A DNA stretch of 32,000 nt from the NCBI RefSeq assembly GCF_003231495.1, contig NZ_PQWO01000020.1:1-32000 (forward strand), given 5' to 3'. Positions 16,980 to 24,595 of this stretch are shown here, in pieces. This DNA is from Acaryochloris thomasi RCC1774. Its GTDB lineage: Bacteria; Cyanobacteriota; Cyanobacteriia; Thermosynechococcales; Thermosynechococcaceae. Position 1 is the first letter of the stretch; every line of letters starts with the position of its first letter. The position numbers and the translations under genes were made by a program. Under the pieces are notes generated by a model. The model was not told where the DNA came from. It saw only the letters and a list, made by a program, of their open reading frames with translations, and made no database searches.

Positions 16980-18062
16980 ATGGTCACCATGACGCACAAA
17001 CCCCAATCTGTTGAATCTTTGCTGGGTAAAGAGGCAGAAGACCTGCTCACCTATCAAGCAAAAGTCTCCAAAGATCTTTTACATCTACCTGGGGCAGACT
17101 GGGTCGATCGTATCTTTACCCAAACCGATCGCAACCCCCAAGTTCTCCGCAGTCTGCAGCAGCTTTACAGTACGGGGCGGCTAGCAAACACAGGCTACCT
17201 TTCTATCCTGCCCGTCGATCAAGGGATCGAACATTCTGCGGCTGCTTCCTTTGCACCAAACCCCATCTACTTTGATAGTGAAAATATTCTGAAGTTAGCG
17301 ATGGAAGGCGGTTGCAATGCCGTGGCAACAACGCTAGGCGTGTTAGGCAGCATCTCTCGTAAGTATGCCCATAAGATTCCCTTCATCGTGAAGCTTAATC
17401 ATAATGAGCTGCTCACCTTCCCAAATCAAGCCGACCAGGTGATGTTTGCTTCAGTGGAGCAGGCCTGGAATTTGGGAGCCGTTGCGGTGGGGGCTACGAT
17501 TTACTTTGGTTCTCTTGAGTCTACCCGCCAGATCCAGGAGGTGCGTCAAGCCTTCGCCCGCGCCCATGAGCTTGGGATGGCAACGATTCTCTGGTGCTAT
17601 CTCCGCAACGATGCCTTCAAGCAGGATCAGGACTATCATCTCGCGGCTGATTTGACGGGACAGGCCAATCACTTGGGCGTCACCATTGAAGCCGATATCA
17701 TCAAGCAGAAGCTGCCGATGGTGAATAACGGCTACGGGGCAGTGGTAAAGGCCAGTGATCAAAAGTACGGCAGAACAGACCCTAAGGTCTATTCAGAATT
17801 GAGCAGCGATCATCCCATCGACCTGTGTCGCTATCAGGTTTTGAACTGTTACGCCGGGCGGGCTGGATTGATTAACTCGGGCGGCTCCTCGGGTGAGAAT
17901 GACTTTGCTGAAGCGATACGAACAGCCGTGATCAACAAGCGGGCAGGTGGCTGTGGTTTGATCTCAGGTCGAAAGACGTTTCAGAGACCCTTTGAAGAGG
18001 GCGTGCAGCTCTTTCATGCCATTCAGGATGTCTATCTGTCGGAGGAAGTTGCGATCGCATAG
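16980..18062 (+). CDS. fbaB: Class I fructose-bisphosphate aldolase (FbaB/DhnA type)
   Basis: Collinear with E. coli FbaB as I remember it: [10 protein letters not shown].., [62 protein letters not shown]. Confidence 0.9.
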   Translation: MVTMTHKPQSVESLLGKEAEDLLTYQAKVSKDLLHLPGADWVDRIFTQTDRNPQVLRSLQQLYSTGRLANTGYLSILPVDQGIEHSAAASFAPNPIYFDSENILKLAMEGGCNAVATTLGVLGSISRKYAHKIPFIVKLNHNELLTFPNQADQVMFASVEQAWNLGAVAVGATIYFGSLESTRQIQEVRQAFARAHELGMATILWCYLRNDAFKQDQDYHLAADLTGQANHLGVTIEADIIKQKLPMVNNGYGAVVKASDQKYGRTDPKVYSELSSDHPIDLCRYQVLNCYAGRAGLINSGGSSGENDFAEAIRTAVINKRAGGCGLISGRKTFQRPFEEGVQLFHAIQDVYLSEEVAIA

Positions 18063-18156
18063 GCAGCAGCGCAAGAACGTAATAAATCAATTTGCGCCCA
18101 GCTTTGTGTTCACCCAGCAGCTTCTCAGAAGAGTCAGAGTCCTTAACTCGGTGAGC

Positions 18157-18405
18157 CCATAGCGGACACCTTGCTTGAAAGGAGTAGATGCGATCGCAAA
18201 AATTCGTGCGCGAACCCCCAACGCCAACATCATCATTCTGACCATCTATGACACAGACGAAGATATTTATAGAGGGCTCCATGCTGGGGGCAGAGGTTAT
18301 GTCCTCAAAGACACCACTGTAGGCTGAACTGATCGACGCTATTCGCACCGTCCACAATGGCCAGCGCTATGTTCCGCCTGAAGAGGCTCTCAAGCTGGCA
18401 GAGGT
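18157..18405 (+). pseudogene. Truncated, frameshifted NarL-type response-regulator remnant
   Basis: Frame 1: ..GVDAIAKIRARTPNANIIILTIYDTDEDIYRGLHAGGRGYVLKDTTVG* (stop at 18325-18327). After a +1 shift: ELIDAIRTVHNGQRYVPPEEALKLAE. The N-terminal half of the receiver domain, including the phospho-accepting Asp region, is missing or degenerate. Confidence 0.5.
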
Positions 18406-18650
18406 CACAACAGTGAGTGAGAGTAACTTGTGCCACCAGTTCAAAGAACAGATGGCAACGTCCCCCCATCAGTAGTATGTGATTCAACATCAACAGCGAG
18501 TGAAGCGTGCAAAAGTGCTGATGTTGGACCGCGAGCTGTCTATCGTAGAGATTGCGTATCGGTGCGACTTCAATAGCCAGAGCCATCTGACGATTTACTT
18601 TCGTCAACTCCCAATGTCTATCGCTCCCCCCATCAGCTCTACGCTAATCA
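18406..18650 (+). pseudogene. AraC-family HTH domain remnant with an in-frame stop
   Basis: SESNLCHQFKEQMATSPHQ*YVIQHQQRVKRAKVLMLDRELSIVEIAYRCDFNSQSHLTIYFRQL gives both AraC helix-turn-helix units. There is a TAG at 18473-18475, and the frame is lost near the C-run at about 18625. It is fused directly to the response-regulator remnant. Confidence 0.5.
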
Positions 18651-18834
18651 ATGGGATTTTGAGGAATCTAGAAAGATTTTTCATCCGTCACAGAATTTTA
18701 CAGGCAGCCTCTTCAAAATCTGAGAATAATTCATCCAACCTTTTCAGAACTAGCTCATCTTAGGTTCACACTCTCACTTCAAGATAAGACTCAAGAGCTA
18801 AAAGAAAACTATCAATCTCAAACAAGAAAGAGTC

Positions 18835-19203
18835 ATGAAGAAAGTTGTTGCAACCTTATTTACGGGGCTGGTCATTCTGACCGCAGCCCCCTCCCAAGCT
18901 GAAGATCTATATCACTTGTCAGCATCTGAGTCTGCTCCCATTGCCCAAACCAACGGGTTTGAAGTGCAAGAAGTGCGCTTTCGCGGTAGGCGCGGTGGCT
19001 TTAGACGGGGCGGCTTCAGGCGCGGTGGCTTTAGACGGGGCGGTTTCAGGCGCGGTGGCTTTAGACGAGGCGGTTTCAGGCGCGGTGGCTTTAGACGCAG
19101 TGGCTTCAGGAACCACGGATTTGATAAATTTCACAAAGTGGACAAGTTCCACAAGGTTGACAAGTTTGACCACCACAATGGGCATAAAGACTTCAAAAAG
19201 TAA
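18835..19203 (+). CDS. Secreted repeat protein: (RRGGF)x8 followed by (DKFHKV) His/Lys-rich tail
   Basis: 122 aa with a Sec-type signal peptide (VILTAAPSQA/EDLY). Eight consecutive R-R-G-G-F pentapeptides (GRRGGF, six RRGGF, then RRSGF) are followed by DKFHKVDKFHKVDKFDHHNGHKDFKK. aagaaagag lies upstream of the ATG. Confidence 0.7.
   Translation: MKKVVATLFTGLVILTAAPSQAEDLYHLSASESAPIAQTNGFEVQEVRFRGRRGGFRRGGFRRGGFRRGGFRRGGFRRGGFRRGGFRRSGFRNHGFDKFHKVDKFHKVDKFDHHNGHKDFKK
18991..19110 (+). repeat. 30-bp tandem repeat x4 (cgcggtggctttagacggggcggyttcagg)
   Basis: Read directly. The four units differ at only a few positions. Each unit encodes two RGGFR pentapeptides using different synonymous codons. 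Confidence 0.95.
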
Positions 19204-19352
19204 GGTTGAGGTAGGGCTTGAAAATCTCTAGGGTAATTTACCCGTGCCGCCCTCCTTTTCCAACTTCAGGCTAAGGGGAGGTGGCGTAGGCATATGCATT
19301 GAGGCTTGTCCGGTCATTCCCCCGTGGGTAAACATATATCGTTGAGCATTCT

Positions 19353-19398
19353 GCACCCCTCCAAGGTCTGATGATTTTCGGAACCGGAAGAGGGGTGC
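19353..19398. terminator. 9-bp perfect-stem hairpin between convergent genes
   Basis: GCACCCCTC-N28-GAGGGGTGC, 19 nt beyond the YHS-gene stop (19417) and about 150 nt beyond the repeat-protein stop. Confidence 0.45.
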
Positions 19399-19416
19399 TG
19401 CTTTAGAAACAGAAGC

Positions 19417-19917
19417 TTAGTTGCTCAACACATTTGGCCAGTTTTCATCCGCCTTGGCAATGTTGCCCGGGATATCTTTTTGCCACCGCTTTTGAATACT
19501 AGGATTGAGGTTGAGATAGAGCTTACCGTCTACAATCTTCCAGGCCTGAGGGTCGATAGGAGCTGTGGTTCCTTTTTTCACTGCCCAGGCGCAGTAGCCA
19601 CCATATTGAGGCGCATACTTTTCTGGCTCGCTAGAGAATGAATCACGATTTTCAGCATTGGCAAAGTGCCAAGTTGCGCCCATCCAGTCATAGGAGAACT
19701 CGCTATTTCCCTCCACGGGTTCGCTATCGGTAAAGTAAGCAACCGGGTCGTATCCTTTGATGGCGACGCCATCTTCGGTATAGATAGTGGGCTTGACGCT
19801 AGCCTGAGCTTGCTCGGAACTGCCTGCATCAGATGTCGTTGAAGCGTCTGTACAGCCAGTACTGAGCCCCATCCCCAGGAGCAAAACGGCTGACAAAAGA
19901 GCAATATTAAATTTCAT
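19417..19917 (-). CDS. YHS-domain-containing (seleno)protein family lipoprotein, Cys form
   Basis: From ATG 19917: MKFNIALLSAVLLLGMGLSTG/C lipobox. IKGYDPVAYF..W.FANAENRDSF..PEKYAPQYGGYCAWAV matches this family. The family's Sec/Cys position is encoded by TGC here. Confidence 0.75.
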   Translation of the reverse strand: MKFNIALLSAVLLLGMGLSTGCTDASTTSDAGSSEQAQASVKPTIYTEDGVAIKGYDPVAYFTDSEPVEGNSEFSYDWMGATWHFANAENRDSFSSEPEKYAPQYGGYCAWAVKKGTTAPIDPQAWKIVDGKLYLNLNPSIQKRWQKDIPGNIAKADENWPNVLSN

Positions 19918-20072
19918 AAGCGGACCTCGCGAGTAAATGAAAAGCAAGTTTTAGAGAACGAAAGGCTGACTCTCCGGGTCACACTAAACCGCCAAGCTGA
20001 GAGTAATGTGAATGCACTCTGAACGGAACATAAAGGACTCATCAGTTTTGCCGCTCACGTGAGTTTTTGGCT

Positions 20073-20591
20073 TCAGGCAACATCCAAGTGAGCAATCGGC
20101 CTTGTTTCGAACGAGACACCTTTTTGGGCATCTTCTGAGTAAACATGAAAAGTGTGGCCGGGTTCAAGGCATGTGACCCGATGAATAAAATTGTCGTAGC
20201 GTCCGATCTGCCCCAAACACCAAGTCGAGTCCGTGGCGCCAAAAAGCTGGCTGCCGGTATACTGCAGGCCAATGGCGCTGTGGGTAAAGTATTCCATCTC
20301 AAAAATACCGCTGATCACATAGTAGAAAGAGAACGCGGGATGGCCATGAATAGGCGTGACGGCCTGTTGATCCCATCGGATCACCAAAGCTTCAAAGCCT
20401 CTCTGGGCAGCTTCCTTGGTAATTGGATTGCGCGTATACGCCGAGGCGGCAAAGGCAAGATGATTTAGCTCAGGGAATTGGCAGGCGGTGATTTGATGCT
20501 GTAGCCAAGGTCCAAGACTAGAGAAGTCTGTGGCCTGGTCTCGATGGTGGAGAAATTGCTGAAATAAAGTTTCCAGGTTTGAGGGCGGCAT
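20073..20591 (-). CDS. Cysteine dioxygenase type I family cupin (Arg-type)
   Basis: 172 aa. AYTRNPI (the Y-x-R-N of bona fide CDOs), cupin motif 1 TPIHGHP, and a second motif IHRV..HVYS, collinear with rat CDO and B. subtilis CdoA as I remember them. Its ATG overlaps the upstream stop (TAATG). Confidence 0.75.
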   Translation of the reverse strand: MPPSNLETLFQQFLHHRDQATDFSSLGPWLQHQITACQFPELNHLAFAASAYTRNPITKEAAQRGFEALVIRWDQQAVTPIHGHPAFSFYYVISGIFEMEYFTHSAIGLQYTGSQLFGATDSTWCLGQIGRYDNFIHRVTCLEPGHTFHVYSEDAQKGVSFETRPIAHLDVA

Positions 20592-21997
20592 TAAACGGCT
20601 TCCTGTTCTAGAGTCTGGGCAGTGGCAACCAGTGCCTCAAAAAAGGTCTCTAAATCTTCTGAGCTCGTTTGGTTATTGCAAATGACGAGACGAAAGACGG
20701 TGCTCCCATCCAGCTCGGCATAGTTCACCATTGCGATTCTTTGCTCCAGTAACGCGGCCCGAATTCTTAGCGTCAGGTCGTTGGCGCACTGCTGCGGCTC
20801 TTTAGGAATGTACTGAAAACAAAGGTTGAGGCTGACACGAGGCGTGACGAGCCTCAATGATGGGTGGGCGTCAATAATGGACTCTGCATAAGCTGCCAAC
20901 TCAAAATATCGATCAATCAGAGCTTCCCAGCCTCTATCCCCCAAGTGCTTCCAGGCTAGCCACAGCTTCACTGCATCGACTCGCCGCCCACAGTGCATCG
21001 TGCTCAGGCCCAGGTCAACCGGATCTTCGTCTCCCGCATGGAATAGATATTCGGTGTCGCTGGCGGTAAAAGTGTCCTGCATCAGGCCGCGATGTTTGAC
21101 CAGCAGCACTGAGCAAACAAGGGATAGCCCCATCATTTTGTGGGCATCCCAGACAACCGAGTCGGCGAGTTCAGCGCCCGCCATTAGGTGCCGATGGCTA
21201 GCGCTCAAAAGGACGCCGCCGCCCCAGGAACCGTCAATGTGAAACCAGAGATTTTCCCGTTGCGCCACTGCAGCAATTTCAGTGAAGGGGTCAAAAACGC
21301 CTCTGACCGTTGTTCCGGCGGTGCCGACGACAAAAAAGGGCTGGGCACCTTGGGCATGGGCTTTGGCGATCAAAGCCTCTAGCTCTGTGACAATCATGGC
21401 TCCGTTTTCGTCAACGGGAACTTTCCAAACCTGTCTTGCGCCCAAACCTAACAGTTGCGCGGCTTTGACGAAAGAGTAGTGCGCTTCAGCAGAGACAAAG
21501 GCAATCAGCGGTGGGGCACCGAGCATCCCGATTTGCTTAGCGCTGGGTAAGGCTTTGTGGGTTGCGATCGCAACTGCCATCAGATTGCCGTTACTGCCCC
21601 CGGTCGTGAACTGTCCCTCAGGTTCAGAGAAGCCCACAAAGCTGCCCATTTTGGCAATCAAAGCATTTTCAATGAGCGTCGCGGCCGGTGCCACCTCATA
21701 GGTATACATTGACGTATTCGTCGCGCTGGTGAGGATCTCTCCCATAAAACCCGCCGCATTGAACCCGCCCCAAAGCTGATTGAAATAGGTCGGGTGAGCT
21801 GTTTTGACGGCATAGCTCAAATAGTTTGAGATTTCTGCATGCAAGTGTTCTAATGATGTACCAACGGCGGGCAATTCAAGAGAAAGCTGCTGCTCCAACT
21901 CTGCAGGTTCAAGTGGCTCAGATTGTGCATCAGCAAAAAACTGTTCGAGCTGATGCAAGAGACCCAGATAGTCGGATGCTTTGAACATAGGCGGCAA
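20591..21997 (-). CDS. Group II PLP-dependent decarboxylase, cysteine-sulfinate decarboxylase (CSAD/GAD)-like
   Basis: 468 aa. HPTYFNQLWGG..NTSMYTYEVAP and the PLP-lysine motif WDAHKMMGLSLVCSVLLV are collinear with animal GAD/CSAD. The start is TTG 21997 or ATG 21988. Confidence 0.85.
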   Translation of the reverse strand: MPPMFKASDYLGLLHQLEQFFADAQSEPLEPAELEQQLSLELPAVGTSLEHLHAEISNYLSYAVKTAHPTYFNQLWGGFNAAGFMGEILTSATNTSMYTYEVAPAATLIENALIAKMGSFVGFSEPEGQFTTGGSNGNLMAVAIATHKALPSAKQIGMLGAPPLIAFVSAEAHYSFVKAAQLLGLGARQVWKVPVDENGAMIVTELEALIAKAHAQGAQPFFVVGTAGTTVRGVFDPFTEIAAVAQRENLWFHIDGSWGGGVLLSASHRHLMAGAELADSVVWDAHKMMGLSLVCSVLLVKHRGLMQDTFTASDTEYLFHAGDEDPVDLGLSTMHCGRRVDAVKLWLAWKHLGDRGWEALIDRYFELAAYAESIIDAHPSLRLVTPRVSLNLCFQYIPKEPQQCANDLTLRIRAALLEQRIAMVNYAELDGSTVFRLVICNNQTSSEDLETFFEALVATAQTLEQEAV

Positions 21998-22688
21998 AAA
22001 TTACTGTATCAAGCACACTTATATAAAAACGCAGCAAGATGAGACGAAGCTTTGTAAATTCCGATCAAATACTGAAAAATTCTGAATCGGTATCGCTTTC
22101 TACAAAAACAGCTTGATCGCGGGAGTGCCTTACCTTAAGTGTTGATCCTGGGTTCCCTGAATCTACCAAGAGATCTTATAGCAGTACCCGGCTGAGTTAG
22201 GACAGCCCTTCTTTAGCACAGACGAGTTTCAGCCATTTTTATGTCCTAATCAATACGTGTACCGCGATAAAAGGCGATTCTGCTGATTCGTCATTAGCAG
22301 AATTGCCGGGATTATGATCACCGCCTTCCTCTTCTCGAATATCTGCTTGAACTCTTTTCTTCAGATATCGAACTGCTTTTTATGAAATAAAAGCTATTTT
22401 TTACTGGTTTTTGATTAATTCTTCTGTCAATTATTTTATATACAAGCAATCAAAAATTATTCAATTTGCAAATTTCAAGAATTATCGTTCCAGTTTTTAT
22501 CTCTCCTCAGATTATTCTCACTCTCACTCTTTTTTCAATAATATGATTGGGTTTCAGTCCAATTCAATCCTGTCTTAAATGGAGATCTAAGCATGTCATT
22601 ATTACTCCCCGGAAGCACCGTTCTATCATTTATTAGTGATTTTGAAGGCAGTGATTCTGACAGGCTGATGAGATAAAATCATCTTCAC

Positions 22689-24041
22689 CTACAAAGAGCG
22701 AACCGTTAGCACCTGTGGCGGCACCGAATCAGGTGGATAGATCAACTCAACCTTGACATGCTGGGTGGCCTTCGGGGCGATCGACAACGTAGCTAGAGGT
22801 TTCCCCTGCTCCCCACAGCGTTGCACCAAATGAAAATACTGTGGCCTAGAAATACTCCTGCTAGACTGACCGTCAGGAAAACTAAGCTTGATCGTCCCCC
22901 GGAAGCAGGGCGGTCCAGCAGGCGATTTGAGAAAACGGAGTCCTTTGCGCGTCAGTCGGTCTTCTTTAATTGGCGTCTGCAACGCAATGGTAACGGTCTT
23001 GGAGCGCTTAGTGGAATTGTGCAGCGGCAGGTCTAAATCATACTTGAGACCATAGTTGCCATTCGAGAGATAGGCCGTATCGCCATAGCGCGCCAGCATC
23101 GGAGCGCTTTGTATCTGCTGAGTGCCCAGGGTGCCCCGATGTAGCGAATTGATCACGTAAGAGAACCCCTTGCCCGATTTAGGCACCTTTAGCACATCAG
23201 AACGAGAGCTATCCGTCAGCGTTCCTCGCCACTCGCCACCCTTTGAAACGCCTGCGACTCGACCATAAATAAACTTCTGTCCCTTGAAGTCTAGCGGTGA
23301 AGGCACTTTATCTCGGGGCCTGATCAATTCTCCTTTTGCCAGCAGCAGTTTCCAGGTCGCTAAGCTGGGGCCGCTGTAGTTTGCCTTACCATGCTTCGCC
23401 ATACTGGCGACATAGAGCGGGCCATTACTCCGTAATCGGATCCAGGTGGTGCGACTGTTGCTGGGCGGAATCGCACGATTGACCAGCATGTAGCTTTCTC
23501 GAGGAGGAACGACCACACCCGAAGACCAGCCGGGCTGACTCTGATCACGCAGAATAACGCCCGCAATCCGACTACCGGGTCCAGAAAATACTTTGCCCGT
23601 TGGATCTTTAATCTGAGCGGCCAGCGGAACAAAGGGCGCATGAGCGCTGCTCAAATAGCTTGCCGCCTGGAGGACCTTCACTTCAACGGGTTTACTGGTG
23701 GGGTTGTGGAGCAAAACCCCTTGATAGAGAGAGCGATTGCCCCGTCGGGACCAACGCCGGGTCACATGATGTGCAAAAACATAGAACTCTCCCGTCAAAG
23801 AATAGTTTAGATGGGCCTCAGGCGATGCTTTGCCTGATTCGGGAAAGGTAGACAGCAAAATCCCCCCTGTATTAATCAGTTCAGGACTATTACTGTGCAA
23901 GAAAGGGCGGTTATCTAGCGCTCCAGGTAATGCTCGAACTTCCTGTGGAATAACGACCTCTGAACTCGCAGCAAGAACGGGTGCTGCCTGGGACAAAAGC
24001 AAGGATGCTAGAAAAATAGATGCCATATGGAGCCAGATCAC
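22689..24041 (-). CDS. Secreted cyanobacterial protein, probably DUF3370 family
   Basis: 450 aa with a signal peptide. The N-terminal QEVRALPGALDNRPFLHSNSPELINTGGILLSTFP resembles my memory of DUF3370, and the length fits that family. An alternative ATG start is at 24026. Confidence 0.55.
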   Translation of the reverse strand: MIWLHMASIFLASLLLSQAAPVLAASSEVVIPQEVRALPGALDNRPFLHSNSPELINTGGILLSTFPESGKASPEAHLNYSLTGEFYVFAHHVTRRWSRRGNRSLYQGVLLHNPTSKPVEVKVLQAASYLSSAHAPFVPLAAQIKDPTGKVFSGPGSRIAGVILRDQSQPGWSSGVVVPPRESYMLVNRAIPPSNSRTTWIRLRSNGPLYVASMAKHGKANYSGPSLATWKLLLAKGELIRPRDKVPSPLDFKGQKFIYGRVAGVSKGGEWRGTLTDSSRSDVLKVPKSGKGFSYVINSLHRGTLGTQQIQSAPMLARYGDTAYLSNGNYGLKYDLDLPLHNSTKRSKTVTIALQTPIKEDRLTRKGLRFLKSPAGPPCFRGTIKLSFPDGQSSRSISRPQYFHLVQRCGEQGKPLATLSIAPKATQHVKVELIYPPDSVPPQVLTVRSL

Positions 24042-24289
24042 AATCGAGCGTATCTTATCAAAACGAGAGATCGGACACTTTGATACGATGCTGCACTGGC
24101 CGTCTTGCTGTTGAAGGCTCCGAAGTGGAGATGTTGGCTCTAGCTTAGGGGGCCTTCCTCATTGCGATGGAACGTTGAAGAGACCTACACATCAAGCTCC
24201 ATTAGCACCTCCTAGAGTTGGGACGCTAGGGACAGTGCAATTTCTGAATCAGGCGAATGTCATCGTCAACGTGAAGGAAAAGCTGAAGA

Positions 24290-24505
24290 CTAGCGGCTTT
24301 CGTACAGCTTATCAACGGTCTCTTCCGTTTTTGCATCAGGATTCTGAGGTTTGATGCTGGGTAACAAACCGATCAACATTTTGTTCAGGGTTGTTCGAGT
24401 ATTGAGGCTATATCCAGCCACAGGCTCGGGGAAAACGCGATCGCCTAGAAAAATAAATAGAAGAGCTATTGTCAATACAGCCAGAGTCAGCTTTTTGAAA
24501 TCCAT
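24290..24505 (-). CDS. Small signal-anchored hypothetical protein (71 aa)
   Basis: ATG ORF with an N-terminal TM helix (LTLAVLTIALLFIFLG), 90 nt downstream of the EamA gene on the same strand. No family recognised. Confidence 0.35.
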   Translation of the reverse strand: MDFKKLTLAVLTIALLFIFLGDRVFPEPVAGYSLNTRTTLNKMLIGLLPSIKPQNPDAKTEETVDKLYESR

Positions 24506-24595
24506 AATCTAGCGCCAGTCTTTTTTCTAGGGTTCCCACCTGGTCTCCTGAGCACTGCTTCGATCAAAGTTAAGAGGCGCATGACTGACTCAAGC

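Noticed and set aside
16637-17050. 137-aa minus-strand ORF spanning the DM13/fbaB spacer
   Set aside because: It overlaps the ends of two well-supported plus-strand genes and has no motifs.
17932-18607. Minus-strand ORFs 17932..18357 and 18305..18607
   Set aside because: They are antisense to the fbaB 3' end and to the clearly recognisable, though decayed, plus-strand response-regulator/AraC remnants. No motifs.
18919-19231. Alternate-frame ORFs through the 30-bp repeat (18919..19185 minus, 18941..19231 plus), and the possibility that the repeat is a CRISPR array
   Set aside because: The repeats are contiguous with no spacers, so this is not a CRISPR array. Only the 18835 frame has a start with an RBS-like purine run, a signal peptide and synonymous-codon alternation that preserves the peptide.
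19417-19917. Possible selenocysteine (in-frame TGA) in the YHS (seleno)protein family member
   Set aside because: The family's Sec/Cys position (GGY-C-AW) is encoded by TGC, the ORF has no internal TGA, and no SECIS-like element needs to be invoked.
22593-22676. 27-codon ORF with a GGAG RBS in the long spacer, considered as a stand-alone CDS feature
   Set aside because: It is too short to support from sequence alone. It is mentioned only inside the spacer finding.
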